A DNA stretch of 64,000 nt, taken from the NCBI GenBank assembly GCA_012295275.1, contig CM022676.1:11036001-11100000 (forward strand). The letters are read 5' to 3'. Shown piece by piece: positions 14,179 through 27,930 of this stretch. The notes below the pieces were generated by a model. The model saw nothing but the letters and a program-made list of their open reading frames with translations, did no database searches and was not told the DNA's origin. The stretch is from Chrysomallon squamiferum. Taxonomy: Eukaryota > Animalia > Mollusca. Position numbers and translations under genes: made by a program. Each line of letters opens with the position of its first letter. Position 1 is the first letter of the stretch.

Positions 14179-16887
14179 CTGAAAACATAAGAAACCAATA
14201 TATATATATAATGTATGTATGTATGAATGTATATGTATATATATTATCTGTCAAGTAAAATTAATGTGAACATAATTATATATTATTCTATGTAAAAATA
14301 TGATAAGAAACCAGATTTGTAATAATGGTGATGATAATAATAGTGATGATAGTATGTAAGATAAGAGGATAGCTATTTCACTTTTTCTTTGAAAAACGAA
14401 ACATAAAATTTAATTTCATCTTTAATATATGTATGTATATTTTTTTTTATTGTTGTTGACATTAATATGTTTGAGTGAAACTGACAGTTAGGGAGAAACT
14501 TACCAACATGTTTACAGAAGTTGTATATTTTCCTGTTGGGTTAACATAACCACATGAGTTAAACCAGAAACCACAACCATATACTTCAGCACAATTCCAT
14601 TGATTTTTATCATTATCATGATCATATGTTGAGAAAGCCATGTTATTCTGAGAAAATGTATTACTTGAAAAAGAAAATTACATATATATATATATATATA
14701 TATTAGCTGTATTAAAATGAAAATACTTCATAAATTTGTATTATTAAAAAAGTTTGTTTTAGTAATGTGGTAAAATCATGTCTTATATCCAGTAACAGTT
14801 TTGACAGTTTAATTATTTTGTTAGCTTTGAACCTATTGAAAACATGACAGTTATTTGACTGAGATAACATTCTACATACCCCTGTGCGCGCGCACACAAA
14901 CACACACACACACACACACAGAAAACAAATAAACTGATGAATTAATTTATCTTTATCTGTTAATATGAAGTATGTGTCTTGCTTAGATTAAAAAATAATA
15001 ATAGTAATAAATAATAATAATAATAGTAATAAATAATAATGATAATATATTCTTTACAGTGTGTATGAAATGAGTGTAGTAATGCAGTATTTTGGTGTGT
15101 GTTTGGTATGAATTTAGATTAGGTTGGTGTGTTGTTGGCATTAATAACTTGATAAGAAATGGCAGTCATCATTGATTCACAAGACTGCTGTCAAACCTGT
15201 ACAAAACTGGTCGTTTAATACAGGTCGTTTAATACAGGTCGTTTAATACAGGTCGATGATTTAATAAAACATTTTTTTGACTCATAATAAAACTGTCATC
15301 CATTTATAAATAACAATTATTTATAGGAGATTCACTCAACAGTTTTCAATGAAAAATAATGTCCACAGTCTGTTATATTCAGGTGATTGCCATGTACAGG
15401 CCATTTAAAGAAGTAAATTCGTTCAAAGGATTAGTGATGACTGTTACAGTGAGGTCGCCTTTCTATATATATAACAATAATAATAATAAGAAGAAGAAGA
15501 AGAAGAAGAAAATAAAGTAATTAACCTACTTGGAGAATGGATCCATTGCACTACCAGAATGTCCATTAACATGAATGCGGTAAAACTGTTTTTCATCATC
15601 CACATGGAAATAACTGTATTTAGCATAATCATGTTGACCATTGAAATCAGTGAAATCAACTCTTAGCTCTGTATTCTGAAATTAAGAGAAAATGTTCTTA
15701 AATAATTTAAATACTAATCAAGATATGGTGATAACTACTAGTAGCAGCAGTAGTAGAAATAGTAGTGGTTCAGGCTGGACCTGGCTAATCTGTCATTCAC
15801 TGTTCAGCAGCTTTGATGGTTAGGGATGTTGATTTAAATCTCGTGGTAATTAGTTTGCATGGCTGCTGTTTGGCACCACCGTCTTCTCATACTGTTTGTG
15901 TCCACCGTCCTCTCATACTGTTTGTGTCCACTGTCCTCTCATACTGTTTGTGTCCGCTGTCCATACTGTTTGTGTCCACCGTCCTCTCATACTGTTTGTG
16001 TCCACTGTCCTCTCATACTGTTTGTGTCCACTGTCCTCTCATACTGTTTGTGTCCACTGTCCTCTCATACTGTTTGGCACCACTGTCCTCTCATACTGTT
16101 TGTGTCCACTGTCCTCTCATACTGTTTGTGTCCACCGTCCTCTCATACTGTTTGTGTCCACTGTCCTCTCATACTGTTTGTGTCCACCGTCCTCTCATAC
16201 TGTTTGTGTCCACTGTCCTCTCATACTGTTTGTGTCCACCGTCCTCTCATACTGTTTGTGTCCACCGTCCTCTCATACTGTTTGTGTCCAATATAGCTTG
16301 TTTAGGGTGCTTGTTTCTGGTAGTCTGCCAGTATTTTAACTATGCCAGATAAAGACAGAAGTGAGGCCGATTGGTATTTTGGGGGGAGACGCTGTGATAA
16401 ATATTACTGGTATTGTAAAGATACACACCAAGTTATAGTAAAGATCGTATATCTAATTATCTGTGTTGAGATGTCTAGTTCTTGTTCTTTGTGAACTGTA
16501 TGTATAAGTTTAACCTGAAGCAGAGTAGATTAGCTGATGTGATAGTAAACTTCATGTAGAGAAGTGCTGATCACAAAGTACAAAGTAACTTTATTAAAAT
16601 ATATAAAATAGAAACTATCCTTTTAGGTTATGCTAAACCTTGTGATCGGATACTGAAAAGTTAGTAAGGAATATCTCATATGAGCATTACATATCATAAA
16701 CAAGAAGAAGAAGAAGAAAAAGAATAGTAATGATAATGAAAAGCAAAAAACAAAACTCAATAGTAATAAAATTTACAATATTAAAATATAATTGTTTTAT
16801 TTATGTTTGTTTTCCCTTCTGTGTTGCTTTTTTCTCTCTTCTTTACAAATCAAAGAAACATAACGAAACTAAATAAGGAAACTATAA

Positions 16888-16938
<51 letters not shown>

Positions 16939-17545
16939 AAAAATAAACAAAAGTCCAAGAACCCCTCCACTCGAAAATGCCTAAGTTTGGAAGATGAAAG
17001 TTCAAAAAGATTATAAATTTCATACATTGTTGTTATTTGTAAATGAGAAATGTACCTTATGTATACTTGTGAACAGATGTAGATTTTCGTTACCCCACCA
17101 GAAACTTTTTTCTAATTTTCCAAATCCTTTCTTATACTCCTGCCAAGTTCTGTTGAAATTTTCTTCATCAGTCATTCGCCTGTATAATGAATGATAAAAG
17201 TAGTGTTAGTACATTTTTAATAATAATAGCAATAATAATAGTATTAACAGTAGTAGCAGTAGTAGCAGTAGTAGCAGTAGCTGTAGTAGTGCAACATTAA
17301 TAATAATAATATTTCTGATGATAACAACAATAATAATTAATAATTATAATGATAATATAAATAAAAATAATAAGGACAGAAAGATAACAACAACAAAAGT
17401 AATGGTACCTAAGGAATACTAGCCACCCTCCACCATCAGTAACTGAATCACATCTGGCATACACAGTTCTGTCTCCAGGCATTCTCAACATCTGCAGTCC
17501 ACTTTTTTGTTTAAATGTTAAACAAGAAGTAATTTCTGAAATTAT

Positions 17546-17596
<51 letters not shown>

Positions 17597-17617
17597 CACA
17601 CATATGTATACATATAG

Positions 17618-17660
<43 letters not shown>

Positions 17661-17728
17661 GTTTAATCTAGACAGAAATAAATGAAAGAAAACTTAATTT
17701 ATTAAATAATACAAGAATGTTAACTCCT

Positions 17729-17800
<72 letters not shown>

Positions 17801-20800
17801 AGTTTCTCTAAAAGGGAAACTTCAGCTGCAAGTAACAATAATTATACATTTACTAATTTATTGTAAAGTTTGATGTTTTAACCTTTTTTCCAGACCATTT
17901 TTCCTTTGACTCTGGAACAGACTAAATCAGTCTTCTTGTAGTGGCTACCTCTTACGTAACATTTACCTCCTGCTGTACAGTGATTTTTCTGTAACATTAT
18001 GTACTTGCTGTTAGAATTCTGATATTTCATATGTGGAAAGAATTAACACACGAACTGTTCAATGTACGGATATGTTTTAATATTCAGAAATCTTGTACTA
18101 AGTTGATCTATTTTAATATCTAACAAAGTTTATGTTGTCAAAAAGCATAATTGGCAGTGTAGTAGGTATTTTGGATTTTTGCATATATTCAGAAATATCA
18201 TGAATATCTGGATATGTGATTCATATTTTTACAATTAATTAAAATCATATCTGGAAATGGTGTAGATTATATGGAATTTTGTAGATACTTGAAAATGTAG
18301 GATCTAGACATGTAAGTGTCAGACATGCAGACATTTAGAAATAGTCAATTAAATTGCTTACTGCCACAGAACAAGTTACTTTCTTTCCATTGATGTGACA
18401 ACTTTCACACTCAGAATTGTGGATGACAACCACGCGTTCTTTGCTGAAAGTTTTACCATCATTTGAAACTGATATGTAAATAACACGAATAGCATCGATA
18501 CCAGGAAAGCCATTATTCGGTATTTTGTATTTTCTTTTGGCTATAGGACACAAGACCTCCACTGCATTCTGTACATTACCCAATGCCATCGTTCTGCTTT
18601 TCTGAATAATTAGTGAGTTGTTGATCTGTGAATGGAATGAAACTTTATAAGTACGTTTTAATTCTAATGATTATCATGGACATCTATTTAATTTTGTGTC
18701 TTGTGATCAGAGTGAAATGCATCATTTATATGTTACTAGCTAAAACAAAATCAGCACACAGTATTCACAGTCTTTGCTAACCCACATAGGAATCAAAAGG
18801 GAAACTAAGGTTTTTTATACTCCAACTCTTCACAACATAAACATTGTAAATATTCTGTGTAAAAAGAATGATATATTGATGATCATAAAGAAAATAATGA
18901 TAATAATCAGTATGCTACTAATAATAAAGACAATAATAATGATAATAATAAGAGATGTCTATTATGCAAACAACTAAATTCTTCACCTTATTACAATTGT
19001 TGTTGTAAAAAAATACTATTACTAAAACTTACATAAATTTCTCGCAGTTTACACATTGCTTTTAGACCGATAACAAAATATTTAGCGCTAACTGTAACAT
19101 TATCACAAGGGTCATCAAGGAGATCACATCCCTCCCCATCATTAATGTCATGAAGAACTGGTGGAATTCGAATATCAGTGGAGCAGTCAGCACCCATAAA
19201 ATTTCTCTCACAGACACAAGTTCCTGATTAAGAGGAAACAAAAGAGAAAAACACAGGAAGAACGGTGAAAGTTAAAAGCAAGGTATAAACACATTCTTCT
19301 TTTGATTAGTATTAAAATAAGGCATAGAAAAATTTTCAGTTTCAACATGAAGTAAAGGAAATAAATATTAAACAGAAAGTTCACATGATGTCACACAACT
19401 GAGCAAATATTAGCCTATCGTAAGAAAATGTTTATAACTGAAAATAATTATTTAACTGAGTAAAATAAATGAACATCAAACTCTTAATTTTGTTCATGAT
19501 TATTGTATATTTATTGTAGACTCGGCTTTAAACTTCGGAAATATGTTGAGTTAAAGCTAAGAAAGCAGACGATGAAAAGAAACAAACCATTAGCACACTG
19601 CCCTCTCTGTGAACAGTGAGATGGACAGGAAACTCTGATGACTTTAGTCAGTATCGATTCTTTTCCTTTTGTCTTATGAAATTCTTCATTCATAACTGCT
19701 TCATTTACGCAAGAAGATTTCACATTTTCAATCGCTGATTCAGCAAAGATGGTATCACCAGTTGCCTGAATAAAAGAAAACTAAATTCATTTATTAGAAG
19801 ATATTTTGTTTTTACTTTTTTACAACATTAGATGCATTAAATGGTATGAAATAGCCACTTAACCAATGTCTTGTAATGCCACATTCAGTCAAAGCATGAA
19901 TAAATAAGGCATTAGTGCATAATTCACTATTTATGCATATCAATGCTTTACAACTCTTATGTCAAAGTCAAAATATCTAAATCGATTCTAAAATCAAACA
20001 ATTCATTTTCATTCATTCATCTGTCATCAGCTATAAATGTCTTTATACTGACAATTAGGTAATTTGAAAAAATAAATATGTCCATACAATTTTTTAAACT
20101 TATAGTAAAATCTATTGTTTTCTATGTAGGTGTCAAGGGATAGAATCAAATATATGAAGAAGTCAGACCTCTGACAAATTAACTTTCCTACCGAATGTAC
20201 TGCAGCTTTTAGTGCTTATAAATAATATCGTACAACAAAACATTTTGAAACTGAAAGGGATGAAACTACTGGAGGTCTATAGAAGGAGAAACAAAAACAT
20301 ATCAAGAGAATCTGCACATCATGAACTTGATGATGGAAAAAAAAATTGTTGAAATTCAAGTCAATTTTTTACGAATTGTATGCATCATTAGTTTGGACCA
20401 GTCCAATGCAACTTCTGTCAAAGGGTTCTCACCACTTCTTCAAACAGTTTTGAGTTGAGTTTAAAATAGTTGGAAGCATTTATAAAGTTCCAGTGACAAC
20501 AGAACACATAAAATAATTGCTGAGATATGAGGTCAAAAGCTGGAGGCCATGTCCGTTTTGAACGAAAAAAATTAATTTCAGAAGTCCATATTTCCAAAAG
20601 TAATGCTCATATGAGGGTAGAATTTCATATTTAGATGAAAATCAGAATCAGTCTTGTTATAATTTGTTTTCATTTTACAGCATATGTCATATTTATTCTG
20701 TTTTAATAAGTAGGTTGTCAAGAATAACTTATTAAAAAGTAGATTATAGAAATCATTTCAGTAATAAAATTATATAAATTATTTGTAAGAAGATTATAGA

Positions 20801-23800
20801 AATCATTTTAGTAATGAACTATATAAATTATTTTTAAGCAGGATATCAATTATTTTTTTTATTAAAAAGCATGTTTTATAAATTATTTTTATTAGCAGGT
20901 AAACCATATATTAGTTTAATTAATATGTAGGCTGTATATATTTGTTTTCATTAATTTCTAGGGCATATCAATTATTTAATAATGTGTAATAATAATAAGT
21001 ACCCTAGCTGTGTAAATTTCTGTTAAGAGTTATACTGTATCATTTTTTTCTTTAATAAGCACACTATACCAACTATGTCTTTGATAAATTAGATTTGTAG
21101 ATTTGTGCCATTACTAAAAACAAATAATCAAATCCTCACCCTGATGTCAAATATACAGTCTTCCAGATTTCCAGCAACAAAACTGCTATGAACTGATTGA
21201 CATAAACGAACACTTTTGGATTGTGAGAATGAATTCTCACATATCTCTCTCGCTAGAGATTTTGTTATGGTCTGAGTAGTATTTGACACATCCTATGGTT
21301 AAGGGTGAAAAAAAGAAAATCTCTAAATATTGATACATATCTCATTTAATAACAGAAATTACAAAAATAATAACTATGACAACAACTACAGTAGCTATGG
21401 AAATACATTTTCTGAAAGCAAGGGTATATTAGGAGTGACATTTAGAACACATCTCCACCCTAAACTCAGTCATTTAATATTATTCAGGTTATTCTGTTTG
21501 GGAACAGGGAAATGAAATCTCTTGAGTACAGGGATGCACAAGTTGATGAAGACAGAATAAAGTTTGTGTGTTTGTTCAAAGAGAAACACAGAGAGGGATA
21601 GTGTTCAGAGGTTATCAATTTACAAACAATTCAGCTCAACATAATGCACTAACAGACTCACTCTTTTTCTTAAACTGCTGTAAACATTGACTTCACTCTC
21701 AGCATCATTGACAGATCTCCTTTTCTTGCGAGCTCGAAAGATGCATTTTCTCCTATTTGGTTTTTCCACTGTTTTAGGTTGATAGGCTTGACAGAACTCA
21801 CGTTCCGCAGTTGGTCCACATATTGTTTCCTGGCAAGGCAGATGTTTACATTTGACTTGTTTAGGACAATAACACAGGAATGAAACATCTTTCCACTTTT
21901 TGAGGTTGTTATGGTTACTGCTGAACAAAAGATTCTCCGAATCAGCAATTCTGTCAAAACATTAAATGGTATTACTTGTTTGACATATCTAACATGTTCA
22001 CATCAGAGAATAATAATAAAATACAAAACCACTCCTACCTTTATTTCAGCAGAACTGTTACTACTAGTATCACATCAGAGAATAATAATAAAATACAAAA
22101 CCACTCCTACCTTTATTTCAGCAGAACTGTTACTACTAGTATTACATCAGAGAATAATAATAAAATACAAAACTCCTACCTTTAGTATTACATCAGAGAA
22201 TAATAATAAAATACAAAACCACTCCTACCTTTATTTCAGCAGAACTGTTACTACTAGTATTACATCAGAGAATAATAATAAAATACAAAACCACTCCTAG
22301 TATTACATCAGAGAATAATAATAAAATACAAAACCACTCCTACCTTTATTTCAGCAGAACTGTTACTACTAGTATTACATCAGAGAATAATAATAAAATA
22401 CAAAACCACTCCTACCTTTATTTCAGCAGAACTGTTACTACTAATCAGAGAATAATAATAAAATACAAAACCACTCCTACCTTTATTTCAGCAGAACTGT
22501 TACTACTAGTATTACATCAGAGAATAATAATAAAATACAAAACCACTCCTACCTTTATTTCAGCAGAACTGTTACTACTAGTATTACATCAGAGAATAAT
22601 AATAAAATACAAAACCACTCCTACCTTTATTTCAGCAGAACTGTTACTACTAGTATTACATCAGAGAATAATAATAAAATACAAAACCACTCCTACCTTT
22701 ATTTCAGCAGAACTGTTACTACTAGTANNNNNNNNNNNNNNNNNNNNNNNNNNNNNNNNNNNNNNNNNNNNNNNNNNNNNNNNNNNNNNNNNNNNNNNNN
22801 NNNNNNNNNNNNNNNNNNNNNNNNNNNNNNNNNNNNNNNNNNNNNNNNNNNNNNNNNNNNNNNNNNNNNNNNNNNNNNNNNNNNNNNNNNNNNNNNNNNN
22901 NNNNNNNNNNNNNNNNNNNNNNNNNNNAAATATATTTCTACCTGCTCTTATAACCACAGCACAGTTACAGGCAACAGATCCCCAACAGTGAAAGGTTTTT
23001 ATCTGAATCTGAAAATATAATTTATTTTTGTAAACACCTGTACATAGTTCACTTGTATGTCAGCCCATGTAAATAATGTAGTCACTCCGTATAAACATCC
23101 TAGTTCTGACAATCACAGTGTACTTATATACTTACATACACATTGTAGTTTACAGGTATATTTCATCATACATGTATAGACTACGTAGTTATCACAGTGA
23201 TTTTGCATGTTAGGGTGTCGTTAAATGTTTGTTGATTCATTCATTGACTGTACATTTTAATAGTATATGTGTTTCAGAGTGCATGCACATCTTTTAGAGT
23301 TTTATCTATCTAAGTGTATCTCGATCGAAAATTCTGTAAAATCTTTGACAATCACTACCAATATTTGGAAATCATTCAGGAAAATAAACAAATTAATACA
23401 TAATGTCTCAATATTAACATAGCTGTTGCAAAAATCAAGTGATATATCTTGTGAAAAAGGAGCTGTTTTCCATGGCACTCTTATGAAACATCATGCTCAT
23501 ATAACGGGCTTAGGTTTTTTGTCTTTCTTTCTTCTTTTGCACAAAATCAGTACATTCATTACTTTACAGCTTTTTCATATCATAATATTTGTATTCTGGC
23601 AGAATTTCCCATTCCAGTGTTTAGATGCCAAGAAATGCTGATTCTGCTTTTACTGTGTTAAAGATCTTTGAAGTGTCACTAATCAAGATTCTGTGTATAC
23701 AGCTTTAATTAGTTGTTTATTAATGTTCATAATCATAAAGAAAATAAGTTATAAGTCACCCTTATCTTCATACTGGAAAATGTTTCTGCAAATGATAGTT

Positions 23801-26800
23801 TTTGACAATCAAAACACAAAAAATGTATCAGTTTCTATCACTTTTACTCTCGGGCAGGAAACACAATTTGGAAAAAATTCATATCCATATTTCAGAGGTC
23901 AGTAGTACTGGTGTATGCTGTGTACTTCAGTGTGGCGCTAAAGAAAATATTATCACTGCTTACCAGCCAATATACCACAATAACTGTATAGACAGAAATC
24001 AAGATTTCATATTTCGTGTATAATGGTATTTCTTGTCCCCTGGTGCTTAATGTAGAATATGTTTTAACTAGGGAAAATAATAAACATTTCTCCATATTGT
24101 TCTTGTAGATGAAAATCTTTGAGTGACATTTTTATAAAGATGTGAATTCATCTGTGTCCGTTTTTGTATGAGCATCTACATAGGTGTGAACGGGTGCTTG
24201 TTATTTGTTTTTACATAAACTTTAATATACTCTGTATAATATGTGTTTATGTAGGTGTGAATGTGTATAATCAGTGTTTATACAGGTGTTAATATGTTAG
24301 TAATATATATTTTATGTAGGTGTGAATATGTGTAATCAGTGTTTATACAGTTGTTAATATGTTAGTAATATATATTTTATGTAGGTGTGAATATGTGTAT
24401 GTAGGTGTCAGTATGTGTGTAACATGTATTTATGTAAGAGTGAATATGTGTGTAATATGTGTTTATGTAGGTGTGAATGTATGCATTATGTTTTTATGTA
24501 AGAGTGAATATGTGTGTAATATGTGTTTAGGTGATGTGAATGTATGCATTATGTTTTTATGTATGTGTGTAATATGTGTTTATGTAGGTGTAAATGTCTG
24601 TAATATACGGTTACGTAGGTGTGAATGTGCCCGCTAATATGTGTATCTTAATGTAAGTGCGAATCTGTCTGTGATGGTGTATAAATGTGTTGGTGTAAAT
24701 ATGATTTGACTTGATATGTGTATGTGTTTACATAGGAATGATTGCGTCTATATTGGTATGTATAGATATTAAACCTGGTAGACCACACATATGCATGAAC
24801 CGTGTCTTAGATGAATGAATAACTAAGTAAATAAATCTTACATCTACTGGATAATTTTTGACTGTGTAGAGCTGATACACGCCTGGGACCATGAAATTAA
24901 TTTTTCTGTGTAAGGAAAACAATAAATCAAAAGAAGTTTGAGTAGATTACATGAAACAATAATAATAATAATAATAAAGTTCCTACATCTTTCAAATTCA
25001 TTATTATTTATATTTAAGTTTATTTATTTGTTGGAAGACATTTGTTTATTTATTTATTTTAATATTTGCAGTCAGTTATGATGACTAATACTGTAAAGAG
25101 CAGCTATGTGTGTGTGTATGTGTGGATGCGAAGGTGTGTGTGTGTGCATCAAACAAACATACATACTTTCCTGTGCCAAAGGTTGCTAGATGAGGATCAC
25201 CTGTTGCTTGACAAGTTTCACCAGTGAGCAGTGTTAAATCTTTTACAATCTGGATCTGGCAAGAAATAAAAACAAATGAATGAATGAGTAAATAAATAAA
25301 TAAATAAAAACGTTGTAGATAGTGTTACTTGCCTACATTAGGTATTTGGATTAGGGATATACGTTAGACATATGTATGAGTGTACTAGGCAGATAAAAGA
25401 TATTTCTCTTATCTGAATATATCTGTTAATATGTCAAGTGCATGGCAGATATTTATGTGTGTTAAGTATATGTATATATGTGTATATGTATGTATATATT
25501 TATATATACACACACACACATATACACATATATATGTTCTAGATTTATGTCATATATATATATATCTGTCTAGATGTGAAATCATAACAATAACATACAC
25601 AGTATTGCAACTAACACAAGACAACCCTTTGTAGCGGCTGCTTAAATATATCAGTTAAATGGCTAATTTCCGTGTCCTTATTGTTATTACAGTATTAATG
25701 TTTGACATCAGCTACGATATAGATTACAATGAGAATCGATGTTGAATGAGCTAACTAATCTAATTATCTTAACTGACTACTAGCCATTCATTGCTTTGTT
25801 TATCACTAATTAGAGATGCAAAAATAAAATTTACATCGTTAAAAATATTGTTAAATCATCAAGCCATTAAATTTAACATTCTAAATATTTTCAGCATTGT
25901 TTCCATTAAGAGGTTCATATGGCTGATACGTCCTCCATTTTGCTAAAAAACCATAACTCGAAATGTCGCATACCCAGTTCTACAAAACGTCCTACATTCA
26001 AAGGTACTAGTTAGATTAAAAAATTAAACTTACTATGACACTTCCAATGGTTGTGTAATTAGACCATATATCATGGCTGAGAAAAAGCTCTTCAGTGTGA
26101 AACCTAAGTTTTGTGATTGTCACTCTCTTAGAATGAGTTTTCACCAGTGAGCTTGATGTCACTGTCAGATATTGCACTTTGTTCCAGTTTTTACTTTCCA
26201 CTTGAATACCACACATAGTTTGCACAAGTGCATGTTCTCTACATTTTTCGTTTTCTGTGCCTGAGAAGACCAAAATGGACAGCTTACAATTGGTGTCTTC
26301 CATACAACCAAATGGTGCAGTAAGTTGAAATGGCACTTCCACATATTCATTCTCTCTTAGTACAAATGTATGATTTAACAGCTGAAAAAAGAAACTGATG
26401 TACTTACAGTTTTAAATAGACATAAACTCCCACATGCACCCACATAAACACAATCACATATTTTCCAGAATTCTCTGTCCAAGTGTTTATACCAAAGACC
26501 AGAAAGGGAAGGATAATACGTTTAAAGCAAGAGAAATGTATACATATTTTCCATCTAAACAAAAGCTGTTTAATAAAGAAGCATCTAGCAGATGTGATAA
26601 ATAACTCCCCTGATGAACAATATGAACTGTCTGAGAGGAACAGGCTACTTACATAATCTAAATGGTTAATTTTATGTTGTCTGAAGTTTGTGTGACTGCA
26701 AAAAAGTGCATCTCTTATTTATTTATTTACTTACTTATTTACTTATTTATTTACTGTTTTCTATAAGAAATACAAAATAGTGTTTCGAGGTTTAGGACCA

Positions 26801-27880
26801 CTTACAGACAGAACAGTCATGGTAAGGTCATGAGAACCTGCAATGTGTGAATTGCCAGTAAAAAGGTGACAATTCTCAAAATATATTTGTCTTGAATGGA
26901 AGCTTCAAGTTTGAACACGGTTATGACATAATGTTCTGAGTACCGACCAACCAGTGTCTGCATGTAGTTTTATCTGCAACACCAGTGTCTGCATGTAGTT
27001 TTATCTGCAACACCAGTGTCTGCATGTAGTTTTATCTGCAACACCAGTGTCTGCATGTAGTTTTATCTGCTACACCAGTGTCTGCATGTAGTTTTATCTG
27101 CAACACCAGTGTCTGTATGTAGTTTTATCTGCAACACCAGTGTCTGCATGTAGTTTTATCTGCAACACCAGTGTCTGTATGTAGTTTTATCTGCAACACC
27201 AGTGTCTGCATGTAGTTTTATCTGCAACACCAGTGTCTGTATGTAGTTTTATCTGCAACACCAGTGTCAAATGTGCGGTCGTAAAATTGAACAGTCATGA
27301 GTCACATTGGTTGCGAGTCAGTGACTATATCTATATACTGCTTAGTACATATGTATATATATATATATATAAAACAGTAAAATGCCTATTGTTGCACAGT
27401 ATATCAATATAAAAAAGCATAACACCAATTATTACACAATATATATGAATATAAAACAGCATATCAGTGATTACAGAACATGAACTGGAGACAATCTCAC
27501 CTTGATTCCAATAAATTCTCGTTTACTTATAACTGGTTTGCTGAGTGATGACAAATTCATGTAGCTAGCTCTTAAAGCACAATGAATCTGAAGACATTTT
27601 AGCATATTGTATTACAAATATCATTTTAAATTAAATATATGAAGATACTAATATAAATATATTTCTGAATTAGATGTTTTAACATAGTTCAAATTGGTTC
27701 GTATTATAAACTCTTTTCTAAATAAATCATTTTAAACACTCTTATTAAGGTATGTTTCTAAATAAAACATTTTAATATAGTGTATTACAGGTTTGCTTTA
27801 TGAAAAAAATGTAACACATTTAAACATTGTCTACATTTCTCAGCTAAACATTTTAATATAAACATACTGTTACTGTGTGC

Positions 27881-27930
<50 letters not shown>

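Noticed and set aside
15813-16352. Cys/His-rich ORFs in three plus-strand frames
   Set aside because: Product of the 26-bp minisatellite inside an intron of the minus-strand gene.
16960-17055. Apparent frameshift in copy B relative to the ORF at 38279-38671 in copy C
   Set aside because: It lies in the intron after the AAG|GTACAT donor. The next exon (NTELRVDF) continues the FReD in phase 0, so the C ORF extension is intron read-through.
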